Assembly (NCBI GenBank): GCA_022813965.1
Contig: JALDZS010000020.1
Coordinates: forward strand, 62,001-126,000
Source: Toensbergia leucococca
Lineage: Eukaryota
Direction of reading: 5' to 3'
Length of the DNA stretch: 64,000 bases
Part shown: one piece after another, positions 11,900 to 23,500 of the stretch
How the letters are laid out: each line of letters begins with the position of its first letter
How positions within the stretch are numbered: position 1 is the first letter of the stretch
The notes under the pieces: model-generated
Database searches by the model: none
What the model saw: the letters and a program-made list of their open reading frames with translations, nothing else
What the model was told of the DNA's origin: nothing
Translations under genes and position numbers: made by a program

Positions 11900-14800
11900 A
11901 TGCCTTCTCCATCGCTCAAGAAGATGGGGAATAGTAAGGCTAGAAAAGAAGGTAATTATGCTTCTTCAGACAATTCGCCGACAGGTAGGTCACCTACTTA
12001 TGATCTGGGGCTTACACTTCTCCCCGGATCACAGATAGAGATAAAGGGTGATGTGCATCTCAAGACTGCTGCCTGGCCAGCTAAAAACAAGAGTGTACAT
12101 AGCGAAGGTAGTAAGAAGCAAGGAGTTAAAGGAGTCGCCGAAGACCAGAGTAAATATACACAATTGAGGAGAAACACACCTTCATTCACGCTACCCCTTC
12201 AACGGAAGAGCCATGTTAGCAGCCATACATGCACCACACGCTGTACGGACCTTCAATTTTGCCCTTGCCCTAGAGAGAGCGAGGGCGTACGTAGAAATGA
12301 TTTTCTTGAGGAGCGAGTTTTCCTACAGGATGGAGTTGATGCGCAGTATATCGGTGCTGGTCCAGGCAGCGACGTAAACAGCTCTGAAATGTGTGATGAG
12401 GGCACCGCAAGAGAGAATACCTTCGAAGACAGTTGCTCTGTCCTAGCAGATACTGGAACACTACGTTCGAGTGCTGATGCAGGGAGAGTAAATCATCGTG
12501 CGAGGAGTGGCGTAATCGAGTCGGGTGAGAGCCTCGTCAATATGAAAAATTGTACTTATCCACCAGCGAATAGAAAAGTTCCAATCCGGCGGCAGTTTTC
12601 ACACCAGCCGTCAGATTCCCAGCCGCCACAATTACGAAATTGTAGCGTTACGATATCAAGAGGAACTTCACTCCTACACAGTTTGAATGACTCTGTAATC
12701 GATGCCAGATCCAACGCACCAGAGTCTGCACGTGTCTCCCAAGCAATCGACCCGCTCAGTACACAGTCGAATGCCACGCAGCAGCTAAGTCTCCTTACGG
12801 ATCTTGCCCATAACTCAAGACGCACCTTGCGAGACCATCCGAAACTTGCTAGCCCGCTTCTTGCTGGTGACGCTACTTTCGGCTCTCTAGACAATCATAG
12901 TCAAGGCTCTCAAACACCAACCTCCTCTTCCGGAGAAAAGGATATCAGAGCAGCGCCTTCTTGCTCCCCAGACAGCTCATCAAATCAGGTGGGAAACTCC
13001 TCGAACCTTTGCAGAGACTTGCGCTTGGACAGCCTTAATCCCAAAGTCAATGTGATTGGTGACTTTAGCATTCCCAAGAGGGCGAAGCGCCGAACTCCCA
13101 CGGTTAGGCTAAAGTCAATATCACAACGACTATCTTCGAATCGTGCTGCAGATTTTGCTTCCGTAAACACTCATTTTGTGAATACCGATTCGCTGTGTTA
13201 TTCATCTAGAGAGCTTGCTGCGTCTATCGGCTACCTTCAAAACAACGCATTCATTAGACCTATCTCAGCAAACACTGCAGCATCCAGCACATCTCTTTCT
13301 GATTCTATCTACTGCCCCAGACTTCAGCCTCCTCGAAAACGATCAGTGTCTTGCCCAGAGCTCAGACCAGCCTATTTTCTAGGATCAAGATTGAATTCCT
13401 CTGGAGCGAGCATGGATTCCTTTCAGGACTGGTCTGCTCACTCTCGCGTTTATCCTGACGCTCCTTCTGGAAATATGTCGCAAGCGTCCTTTCAGAGCTT
13501 CCCGGTCATGGCTCCTTCCACCTCTAGAGTGCCTCCCAGCCAAGGTGACCAACAGTATTCAGCACCACCATTTGCGTCAACACCATCCTTCGCACTCTCC
13601 ACAATTGACTCCTCAAACATTCACTATAATATCAATAACCCAGGTTTTTGGGGGCAGACAACGCCTGGTCATCGTCAACATCACGATCATTCGCAAAATC
13701 TCCCAGATAATTATCATCGCCATCAAAACTTTCAAAATCCAGTAGAGGACAGGCGCATTCAAGTGAATGAGGCGAAACGACAGCTCTTGCCTCCAGCAGC
13801 AACAGGCCATCATCCAACTACCGTAAGTCAACCATGGGCATCTTCGCATGTTCGAAATGTTTCTTCGGGCTTATCTTCTCATCAGAATTCGGGCCAATCC
13901 ATATATCGAACACCGTACCAGCCTGTCGTTACACCTCCTAATTCGCAGGTATCTACTTCTCCGCCGTCAACAGTACCTGCACCTCCCGAGTCAGCGAGTA
14001 TGACCTTGTTGTCAGCTCCTACCATTCAGAACACCCAAGCCAACAACTTGCGCAATACTTTTCGTAACGAATTTCGAGAGCGAGTCTTTCAGATTGGCGA
14101 TCAGATATCGAAGCGGCTCCAAAATAAAAATATTATTCCACGCGTTTTGGCATTTGTTCAATCATTCCCTAAATCAGGTGAGCCATTTGACCGGTTACCA
14201 AGTGATGAACATTTCTTCAAAGCGATAAAAGGAGCGGAGAGCGTCATAGCAGCACGTGATACTCGCATCAAAATCCTGATCAAGGAAGTCGACGATCATA
14301 AAGCTCTGGCAGGCCGGTGGGGAATGAAGGATCCTACTTCGGGTAAGACCCGTCTTCAGGAGCTCGCTGAACGAACCTCCTACCTTGAACGCACTTTACT
14401 ACAGAGGGAGGCGGAACTTGCGGCTAAGGTTAAGGAGGCTACTCACTTGCAGCAAAAATGTCAACATCTTATTGGACTTCTAGAGAAGCGGATGCCCGGT
14501 ACTACATCTACCGCGGCCATTCTTGACACTAAACTACAAAATCATGGCATTAGTCCGATGTCTAGAACACTAGATCCAATTTCCATTGATCTTACTTCCG
14601 ACGAAGCTTCAACACCAGCATCGGCAGCGATCTCGAACAACAACTCTGCTTCTCTTTCACGGGGCTCATCTTCAGAGGGCAGCATATCGAAGGTGGTGGA
14701 GTTTCATAACCAACTGAAACGAAAATCGTTGAATTGGTTGGAAGGCGGACATCCATTGAAAACGCGGCTCAATCCATACGCACGACCCAGAAAGGGCCGG

Positions 14801-15835
14801 TATTCATCGACAACTATCGATCTAGACGCACAACCCTTGGATGAGGATGCTCTAATGGAAGGCAATGGTACAAGCCCTTCAGGCGAGATTTCTCTTGATA
14901 CTCTAAACAGTAATACGGAGAGAGATGAGAGAGAAAAGCAAAAGAAGTTAGAAAGGGCGAGAAAGAATAAGGAGTCGCGAGAAAAGAGCAAGCTGAAGAA
15001 GAGGCAGGAAGCTGAGAAGAGAGACGCGGCTAAAAGCGCTGAAGTTGAAGCTGAAGCTGAAGCAGAACGGGTTCGAAAGCAACAGGAAGAAGCTGAAAAT
15101 GCCGCTAAAGCTGAACGGTTCCGAAAGGAGCAGGAGGACGCATTACGGCGAAAACAACAGAACAAAATCATACGTGATCAGCGAGTCGCAAAAGAGAAAC
15201 ATAGACGTGCGGAAGAGGAAGACCAGAAGCAGAAGGAAAGGCTTGAACGCCAGCGAAAGAATGCTTTCCTCGCGGGACAAAATCAGCTTGAAGAACCCAA
15301 GCCAGTCGTGATGGAAGAGGCGGATGATGACTCGATGAGGGATCTGTTTGAAGATGACGATGATTCCCCAGAGTTATATCATACAGATGTTGATGCGCCT
15401 GCCACTGAAACCCAGGAAATGGCCAAGGCTATTTTCGATCCAGAAGCGGAATCGAATAAACAGCGTCAGATCTTGGAGGACGAGCACCTGTTCGGTGAGT
15501 CTACGAAGACTAATGACGAGACTGTGATCCAAATGGACGAGAATGTTCAACGTAACGCTCATGCTGATGAGTCTGAGAACTTCGGTGACGGGGACGATGG
15601 ATCTAGCGATGATGACGACGGCTTCGACGAAGACTCCACGGCGGAAGTACCAAATACCTCACAAGAAGACGATGACTCGGACGCGGAGTTTGACGCAGAA
15701 TTTGATGCGGAAATTTCAAAGCTCTTACAAGCAGGGTCCTTGGCCGCAGAAGAGATTGCTGACCAGGACGTGGGTCAACAGGCGACCTCTGGGGTGGCTG
15801 GCGACGACAGCAGCGAGGAAAGTGAAGCAGAGTAG
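11900..15835 (+). CDS. Large low-complexity hypothetical protein (Ser/Gln/Pro-rich, charged coiled coils, acidic tail); start uncertain
   Basis: 1311-codon stop-free ORF with no domain I recognise. The real start may be a later Met such as MDSFQDW (~13412). Confidence 0.7.
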   Translation: MPSPSLKKMGNSKARKEGNYASSDNSPTGRSPTYDLGLTLLPGSQIEIKGDVHLKTAAWPAKNKSVHSEGSKKQGVKGVAEDQSKYTQLRRNTPSFTLPLQRKSHVSSHTCTTRCTDLQFCPCPRESEGVRRNDFLEERVFLQDGVDAQYIGAGPGSDVNSSEMCDEGTARENTFEDSCSVLADTGTLRSSADAGRVNHRARSGVIESGESLVNMKNCTYPPANRKVPIRRQFSHQPSDSQPPQLRNCSVTISRGTSLLHSLNDSVIDARSNAPESARVSQAIDPLSTQSNATQQLSLLTDLAHNSRRTLRDHPKLASPLLAGDATFGSLDNHSQGSQTPTSSSGEKDIRAAPSCSPDSSSNQVGNSSNLCRDLRLDSLNPKVNVIGDFSIPKRAKRRTPTVRLKSISQRLSSNRAADFASVNTHFVNTDSLCYSSRELAASIGYLQNNAFIRPISANTAASSTSLSDSIYCPRLQPPRKRSVSCPELRPAYFLGSRLNSSGASMDSFQDWSAHSRVYPDAPSGNMSQASFQSFPVMAPSTSRVPPSQGDQQYSAPPFASTPSFALSTIDSSNIHYNINNPGFWGQTTPGHRQHHDHSQNLPDNYHRHQNFQNPVEDRRIQVNEAKRQLLPPAATGHHPTTVSQPWASSHVRNVSSGLSSHQNSGQSIYRTPYQPVVTPPNSQVSTSPPSTVPAPPESASMTLLSAPTIQNTQANNLRNTFRNEFRERVFQIGDQISKRLQNKNIIPRVLAFVQSFPKSGEPFDRLPSDEHFFKAIKGAESVIAARDTRIKILIKEVDDHKALAGRWGMKDPTSGKTRLQELAERTSYLERTLLQREAELAAKVKEATHLQQKCQHLIGLLEKRMPGTTSTAAILDTKLQNHGISPMSRTLDPISIDLTSDEASTPASAAISNNNSASLSRGSSSEGSISKVVEFHNQLKRKSLNWLEGGHPLKTRLNPYARPRKGRYSSTTIDLDAQPLDEDALMEGNGTSPSGEISLDTLNSNTERDEREKQKKLERARKNKESREKSKLKKRQEAEKRDAAKSAEVEAEAEAERVRKQQEEAENAAKAERFRKEQEDALRRKQQNKIIRDQRVAKEKHRRAEEEDQKQKERLERQRKNAFLAGQNQLEEPKPVVMEEADDDSMRDLFEDDDDSPELYHTDVDAPATETQEMAKAIFDPEAESNKQRQILEDEHLFGESTKTNDETVIQMDENVQRNAHADESENFGDGDDGSSDDDDGFDEDSTAEVPNTSQEDDDSDAEFDAEFDAEISKLLQAGSLAAEEIADQDVGQQATSGVAGDDSSEESEAE

Positions 15836-16560
15836 TCTGCATTCGTTTCGACACGAGGTACTTCGGCGGCTTAATTCTCAGTTAATCTTGCGGTATTTGG
15901 TTGTTTGACCTGGAAATGTCCTGCTCTGCTAACGAATGGTCGATGAGCATGACCTAGAGGTGACGGAACTTTCGTGTGCGAGATAACAGCGTGTCAGTTG
16001 ATAGACGAATCGATGGATGCGAATACATGCCGTTGAAAGAATTTGTTTGAAGTGAACTGTGACTGGTGATCTCCGAGTGACATATGCTGCCTTTTCAAAA
16101 TGATTGTTTAGCTTACATCCACGTCTGCGACTCCACCTTCCCTTCCGGCTCTCGCCTTGATTGTTTTATCTCCCTCCGCAGCAGAATGCAAAACGGGATG
16201 TGTGATTCTCGAGATTTGGATTGGAGGTGAGACATCAACTCTGGCGATCGAATGCCATTTTCATTTAGGCACATCACGCATGGTTTTGTGGATAGACACT
16301 CTATAATGTGGAAACCAATCATTTCTTGCCAGGATCACATAGACTTCATATACCATCACAGAATCAAAGCAGTAAGCGCCACTTTCAGCCACAAAGACTT
16401 TCCAAGAAGTCTACCTACCAAGAGATCATCAAACATGAATCATACACCGAAATGCACAAACTCCCAGGCGCCGCCATCTATGTACAATTCTCCCGCAAAT
16501 TCCGCCCCCGCTATGCAAAAAAAACACTTGTAGGACCCCTCTTTCTGTATATTCAAATAC

Positions 16561-18079
16561 TCAAATCTCTACCCAGAAAAGCATTATTGCCCACAAACCA
16601 CCCACCACAGCTAGAAACAGCGTACTACCGGCCTCGGAAAGCGCCGAAGCGGCAGCCGTTTGCACGTAGCCGCAGCATTTGCTATTGTAGGTAACGTCGT
16701 TGTGCTGGGCGGCAACTTCGAAGACGGAGCCGTTGCCGACGTTGTAGTAGTCTACCAGCAGGAAGTTTGGGGGACGAGGCCAAGCTTCTGGGATTGTTAT
16801 TAGTTTTGTGTGTCGGTTTCCTTGCGTGCTATGAGGGATTTTCGTGAAATAGGTGTTGTTGGAAATAAGGGTGTGGCTGGTGAGAGGGTGGCATACCAAC
16901 GCAATTGTTGGCCATGAGTCCCAAGCTCCCGAAGCCGGTGACATTGTTAGTTACATTTAAGAGCGTGCTGGTCGGGACGAGGATACTGGTTCCAGCGATG
17001 GAAATGTCCGTGTTCAGGTTGTGGTTGGCCATATACATCCTCTTTTCCGCGTCGGCGACGCTGAGCCCCGGCGGTCGTTGCTGCGTGCAGGGAAAACTAC
17101 GGTTTGTGGGGCTAAAGGGGGTTTCCCAGAGCTGGCTGAACTCGTCGAGGATGTAGGGTACTTGGGTTTGATTTGCGTTGTAGTCCATGAAGATAATGGC
17201 GCGCTTGCCGGTTAGGATTAGTTGAGAGAGAGTGGGCCAATCGTCGATGCCCATGGGAATTTTGGGGGGAACGTAAGCGTAATTAACGAGCCCTGAAGAG
17301 ACTATGGGGGAGGTAAAATTGCCTACGTTAACGAGGTCGCCGTTGCCGATTAAGATTGTGATAACATCGTAGGGGTGGGTCTTGATCCAGGAGGTGACGT
17401 TCATGAAGTAGGATTCTGCGGTGCCAGCATTGAGGAGGTCGCAAGAGGTGTGGCAGTAGTAGACGGTGTCATTTATTACGTGGGTTTGGCCTTGAAGCAT
17501 TCGAATACCGTCGTTGAGCTGATCTATCACTCCTAGAGCTTGGTTGGCAGCTGCGTTGTTAGGGTTCACAAACGGGCTGTTGTGTGCGGCGACGTAGGTG
17601 ATGTTGCTGTATCTCCGAGAGCAGAACTCGGGATAGTCGTTGCAGGGTTGGGTGTTTGTGGGAGCAGCGGAAGCGGATGTGGTGCTACTGACAGTCGAGT
17701 TCCGCACTCCGGTGTCATTGAGGCTAGAGGAAGATGACGAGGAGCGCACGGAACCTTGCAGGAGCGAGACGGATTGGGAAGTGCTGGAGGTGTTTGGCGA
17801 AGCTCCCGAGTATGTCATGGAGGTGTTAGAGGCGGCCATGGTAGTGGAGTAAAATTCAATGGAGCCGCTTAAGCTTCCACTTGTTATGATACTGTAGCTT
17901 GAAGAAATGGTGATAGTGGACGAATCGGAGAGGTATGTGATGCCGGCGCCTGTAGGCACAAGGTCGCCCCCATCGTCGGATATTGTTGCGGTTTTTGTGC
18001 CCGAAAGCAGAGTTAGGGTGCTGGATTGGGCGTTGAGTCGGTGAACAAGGAGAAGGACCAGAGGCAAGGAAAGAAGCAT
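16561..18079 (-). CDS. Secreted, probably GPI-anchored PI-PLC X-domain-like phosphodiesterase
   Basis: Signal peptide and Ser/Thr-rich stalk, then CNDYPEFCSRRYSNIT, AHNSPF, QLNDGIRMLQ, CHTSC and WETPF. After an intron (~16896-16789) the frame reads PNFLLVDYY and ends in a hydrophobic C-terminus. Confidence 0.85.
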
Positions 18080-18166
18080 GACGGCGACGAGAAGATGACA
18101 AAAGAGAAAGAAAGATAGAGGTCTATTCTACCCACCGAGCCAAAGAAACATGGCTATCTGCGAGTA

Positions 18167-18195
18167 GCACGAGGCACGAGGCAAGAGGCAAGAGG
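18167..18195. repeat. Short 7-bp tandem repeat
   Basis: GCACGAG GCACGAG GCAAGAG GCAAGAG G. Confidence 0.7.
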
Positions 18196-18402
18196 TAATA
18201 TGGAAATGCAATAATTTGTTAGGTGACGTATTTCCTCCATTGTTTTTTGGCGGTTAGCTAAGGTGTTCCAGGTCTCACACAAGCATCGGATCAGACGGGA
18301 CATCTTGGTAAGAGTGTGATTGGCAACAGAAGTTCAAGATAAGTTTATTCAATTTTTGCTTCGAAGCGTCGTCACTGTTTGTAATTTAGGGAGCTAAGGA
18401 GC

Positions 18403-18508
18403 TATTAGCGTGTGCACAAAGGTTTCGAAAATCCGGTTATTGAGATCCGACACACACAAATCCGATCTCAATAACTGAATTTTCGAAACCTTTGTGCACA
18501 CGCTAATA
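18403..18508. repeat. Near-perfect inverted repeat: 45-bp arms, 16-nt loop (hairpin or mini-MITE)
   Basis: Arm 18403-18447 (TATTAGCGTGTGCACAAAGGTTTCGAAAATCCGGTTATTGAGATC) matches the reverse complement of arm 18464-18508 at 43 of 45 positions. Confidence 0.95.
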
Positions 18509-18893
18509 AAATACTCAATAAGCTCGAGGCTCCCAAGGTACCTCGTATTTATCCAGGTAGAGACGAGAGGCAGAGGCATGACGTTCCTCCTCCTCCACCT
18601 CCACCTCTACCTCGTCCATCTTTTGATTGGAGCATGAGAATGTACAGGGAATTCCTCCTGTCACAATCGGAACGGCGGCAGTCTGTATGAATGACGTATG
18701 ACGGAACAACTCCTCCTCTCTTTCTCCTACTCTACTCGCTCAACCTCTCAACGTCTCTGCAGTCTGCATTCGCAGAAATGGCAGAATCAAATTAATTTCT
18801 CGTTCAATTACTTTCCTTCGACTTCCTTTACTAGACAATTTCTTTGTCCCTTGGAGCATCTCCAGCCCTTATTCTATTCCCCGTCGCATCGCC

Positions 18894-19925
18894 ATGGCCC
18901 TCCCTAGTTTCGTCTCCTCCCGTCGTCCCCCAAAATCCCCTTCCCCCACCTCCACCTCCTCTCCGCCCAACTCTACCGAGCCCCTCTCCCCCGCGACTCT
19001 GAAACGTGCCTCCCGCACCCGCCTCATCTTCTCCCTCCTAACATCTTTCCTTTTCCTCCTCACCGTCGTCTTCCTGATCCTAGTCGAAGTCGGGAACACC
19101 TCTCTTTCCCACCCTGTCGTTCCATCAATCTACTTTCTTAAGCTCGACCTCAGCCATATTATCCCTGCCAGTGTCCCCAATGCCGTCTTGATCAACAGCA
19201 TCGCCCGTACCCTCGGCCTCCACGACTTTTACCAGGTTGGCTTGTGGAATTTCTGCGAGGGCTATGACAACAGCGGTATCACTGGATGTAGCAAGCCAAA
19301 GGCCATGTACTGGTTCAATCCCGTGGAGATCATCCTCAATGAACTTCTTTCTGGTGCCACAAGTAAGGGCTCACCTTCACTTACTTGCCTAGACTATCCC
19401 AATTTTCATAACCTCCCTGACCCTTTCCCTACAGTCGCTCTTCCATCCAGTATTATCTCAGCCCTCAGCCTCGTCCGTACCGCCTCCCGTTGGATGTTTG
19501 CCCTGTTCCTGACCGGCGCCTGCACCTCTTTCGTCTCCATTTTTCTGACTCCTCTATCCGTATACTCCCGCTGGGCTACCCTACCAATCGCCATCTTCGC
19601 CTTTCTGTCCGCCCTCACCACCACCACTGCAGCAATCATCGCAACGGTCATGTTCGTAATTTTTGAAAACGTCATCAAGGGCGTCGAGGCCGACGTTAAC
19701 ATTGTGCCAACGCTGGGGAAGGAGATGTTTGCCTTCATGTGGATTGCGAGTGGGTCCGCTATTTTGGCTTGGGTTGTGCAGATCGGTCTGTGTTGTTGTT
19801 GTGCAAGCCGGAGGGATGTGAAAACGGGGAGGAAACATGGAGGTGGGAAGACTGATGTTCATTCGAACGAAGCCGTCAACGAGAAGCCCAGGGCTAGAAG
19901 GCGCTGGGGAAGGAAGGTCCAGTGA
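18894..19925 (+). CDS. SUR7/PalI family tetraspan membrane protein
   Basis: LGLHDFYQVGLWNFCEG and CSKPKAMYWFNP motifs, four hydrophobic segments and a CCCCAS tail; intron 19363-19434 (GTAAGG..CAG). Confidence 0.9.
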   Translation: MALPSFVSSRRPPKSPSPTSTSSPPNSTEPLSPATLKRASRTRLIFSLLTSFLFLLTVVFLILVEVGNTSLSHPVVPSIYFLKLDLSHIIPASVPNAVLINSIARTLGLHDFYQVGLWNFCEGYDNSGITGCSKPKAMYWFNPVEIILNELLSGATSKGSPSLTCLDYPNFHNLPDPFPTVALPSSIISALSLVRTASRWMFALFLTGACTSFVSIFLTPLSVYSRWATLPIAIFAFLSALTTTTAAIIATVMFVIFENVIKGVEADVNIVPTLGKEMFAFMWIASGSAILAWVVQIGLCCCCASRRDVKTGRKHGGGKTDVHSNEAVNEKPRARRRWGRKVQ

Positions 19926-20230
19926 GACATGACTGAGGGACCAAATGAATAGAATACATTATACTCGTACGAGTGTCATCATAGGTCAAGGTCACATGCA
20001 ATGCAAAAACGACTTGGATTTTCCATGCACGGGATAAGTTGGCTGCTAGCTAAGAGAAGCATGCCTGTGTGCCCGGTGACGCGGAGGTAGCCCACGAAAG
20101 GACCAACGCTTCCTGTACTAAACAATCACAATGCTCCGAACGAGTCTCTTGAACATGATTCCCCAAAATATCCAACCACCAACGAAGCCGCTAGACCAAT
20201 GGAGACGGGGGGTGAGGGCGATGTCGAAAA

Positions 20231-20338
20231 AAGAAACCTGGGTTCCAGCCGAAGCGGATCTACCAGGGAAGAGGCATGGCGATACGGTGTCGTGAGAAGA
20301 AACCTGGGGTCCAGCCGAAACGGATCGACCAGGGAAGA
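20231..20338. repeat. Direct repeat with a 42-bp core and 66-bp period
   Basis: AAGAAACCTGGGTTCCAGCCGAAGCGGATCTACCAGGGAAGA at 20231-20272 and a copy with 3 mismatches at 20297-20338. Confidence 0.85.
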
Positions 20339-20506
20339 AAGAGGCCGTGAATAAGTTTTCCGTGTCCGAAGGCGAGGAAATTCTAGATAACGTAATTCCG
20401 TAAATATTGCGGAATCGAAATAAAAACCGGTCGAGAAAAGGGGGTATTGTGCACAGAGTGCGATAACAAATCACCAACGCCCTCGCTATGCTTTTTTGTT
20501 TTGAAT

Positions 20507-23500
20507 TTAATTTTCCGCGTCACTATTCGGACAAGTAATTGGGCTCGGGTGGCGATCAGAATCCTCACTCGCACTCAGCTGATTGCCCTCGTCCCAATCA
20601 TCTTGACTTATCGACCACTCCCCGCTTGCATCTTCATCTTCACTCATCGACCACTCCCCGCTTGCATCTTCATCTTCGACACGTCGACCATTCTGGGGAG
20701 AGTCGTCCTCGTTCTGAGAAAAGGATAGCGGTTTCTTGTCCATGCTTCTATTCGCTGGCTCAACCAAGGTTTCTTCCTGAGACTGACCATCATATTGGTC
20801 CGCCTTATCTTGATCCTCCCCACTCGCACGACGTCTGGTGGAACGACGGTAGTCATCAAGTCCTTCAGAACCACTGGAATTGTATACGTCTAAACCGTAT
20901 GGACCATTGCCTCTGTGAGGAAACTCGTCAACTTTATTTTGCTGTGGCATGTTGAAGCTTGCTTGTCTGGGGGACACTTCATCCGCGGTGTCTGAGTCGA
21001 GGTTAATAGCGTTTTCTTTTGAGGAGCCTTGCGGGACGCTGCCTTCAATGTCATGAGATTGGCTACTCGCGAACAATTCTTCAATGTCGTTGTCTAATGA
21101 GCGTTCGCGGCGTTGCTTGGCAGAACGGTTGACGATGTCGTAGTAGTTAAGCTTAGTCTCACTGGCCCGAGATCGCTTGACGCCTCGGTGCTTACTATTA
21201 TCTTCAAACTTCGAGCGCTCCGGTTGATTGTCATTTAGTTCACCATCACCATCGTAATTCCTTGGCTGGTCGCCGCCCATCCCAGCATCATTATTGTGAG
21301 GCTCTGCTTGGTGGTTAAGCATTTCAATTCTATCATCCTGAGAATCTGAAATGCAGTCATCGAGTTCAAGATCATCACTCTCAGGCTCCGTTACGTAGTC
21401 CGGGAGCTCTTCATCTTCAAGATTCTGTTGATGGACCAGCTTGGGTACCTCCGTATGGAATTCCTCGAGCTCAACGTCTCCAAATGTCACTTGACGGCCT
21501 TGCTTAGGTACCTCTGAATGCTGTACGTAGGAGATCTCCGACATGTCTTCATCCCAAAGGTTTCGTGAGTCGATGACGGACAAATTTCCGGTCTTACCTA
21601 GGGATTTGAAATTTGAAGCTGGGTGACTGAAAACTGAACCAATCGCTCCCGTTTGACCAAAGAAGATTCCTTTTTCAGCCGCAGTCCTGGAAACTGGCGT
21701 AGGCCACAGAGACTCTGGCTTGCTGTTATTCAAAGCTTCCGTCCGGCCTGGTAGTGAGGATCTGTCAATAGTCTTCTTGATTTCCATGTCAGGAACCTCA
21801 TCCCGTGCTTCACATCTGATATTTGAGATAATCTGAGTGGAAATCTCAGATGATCTCTTCACGGTTCGAGTCATTGTAAGAACATTCAAAGCCTCCTCCT
21901 GGACTGGCAACGACATTGTAGCAATGGTCTCTTTAGTATGACAACCAGCATCCTTATTGTAGTCTCTGCTCTTGGTATCTGCGAGCTTTATATTAATCTG
22001 AGTTGAGACATGGTCGGATTCATTATTGGCGTAAGTCGTAGGAATAATATTCGAAGCCTCATTTGAAACTAGCACGGAGCTTTTACTAAAAGTGGTTTCT
22101 ATAACATCAAAACCAGCAGGCTCTTTGAATTCCTCTGTTTGCCTTTCGTCAACCAGAGTGGATACATCAGAGGAGCCTTCCGTGGCTCGGATCGTAGGGA
22201 GATTCGTGAGCCCCTGGGACTGTTGCGTGGTGCCCTCCGACTGCTCCTCGTCTTCCAGGTCCCCCTGCTCCTCGTCTTTGAGGTCTTCTTGCTCCTCGTC
22301 TTTGAGGGCTTCTGGCTCCTCGTCTTCGAGTGCTTCTTGCTCCTCGTCTTCGACGTGTTCTTGCTCCTCACCTTCTTGGTCTCGACCATCTTCAGCATGC
22401 TCCGTGGATGCCTGCGACAAAAGAAGAGCAATTGGCGTCTCATTGGCTTGAGACAGAATCTCTTGTTTTTCCTGCATCCTTGCACAAGAAACAGATGAAT
22501 CCTTGGCTTCCTCTGTCGATGTTTGAGAGGAATCCTCAATGATCTCTTGCGGTGATTGTGTCGTAGCCTGCGACTTTTCCTCATCTCCTTGATCTTTGCC
22601 ATCTTCCGAATGCTCTGTGAACGGTTCTAGCGAAAGTGGAGGAGATGGCTTCTCGTTAGCCGGAACCAAAACCTTACAGAACTCTTGAACTGTCTGCGTG
22701 ATGGCATGAATTTGGGAGACATCCTCAAATTTCTCTGGTAATACTGTAGGAAGATCCTCAGTGACCCCTTTAACTGGACCAGATGTTTTCGAGACGTCGG
22801 GATCATGCACAAGATGGCAAGTGCAAGCTTCACTGACTCGGAGTTCTTTAAGAATAATTGGGCGAAGTTCAGGTCGTAAATCTGCCTCAATCCTAGCAGT
22901 GGATTCTCGTCGGATTCGTTCTTCCAGCTCTTCCGTAAGCTTCTTCTCAAGGTCTTGTTGGAAGCGAGTGACAGCCTCGTTGTAGTACGTTGATCGTATC
23001 TCCTCATTGATGCTTTCCATAACTTCAGGGCTCAGTACCTCCCTCTCCAGGCCATCTGACCTTAGCTCCTCCATCTTCTTCTTCTCCAGCTCCTGCTCTT
23101 CCCTCCTCAGCTTCTTCCTCTTAAGTTCGTCTCCTATCGCCTCCTTTCTCTTAACCTCGTCTCTTAAAATTGCGCGCGTAAGGCTTGCGTTGTGAGCAAT
23201 CTTGCTTTGACGATTATCTTCCAACGCTTGCTTGCCTTTACGTATGCTTCTCTGAAAGAAGTCGACTAATCCGCGAGCTCGTTTCTTGAACTGGTCATCA
23301 TGACCTACATCGAGTAACGCAGTAGATGCACTACGCTTGAGGGAACGAGCGCTTGGAATAGCATTGCGGATGTTCTGGTGGGAATCCATCACGGCAGAAT
23401 ATTGATGTGACTCTATTGATGTAATACGCAAGAGTGTCATGGGAGTTCTATGAACAAAAAGATTTATCAAGTTGTCAATGGTAGTCTTAAAAAGTTCAAG

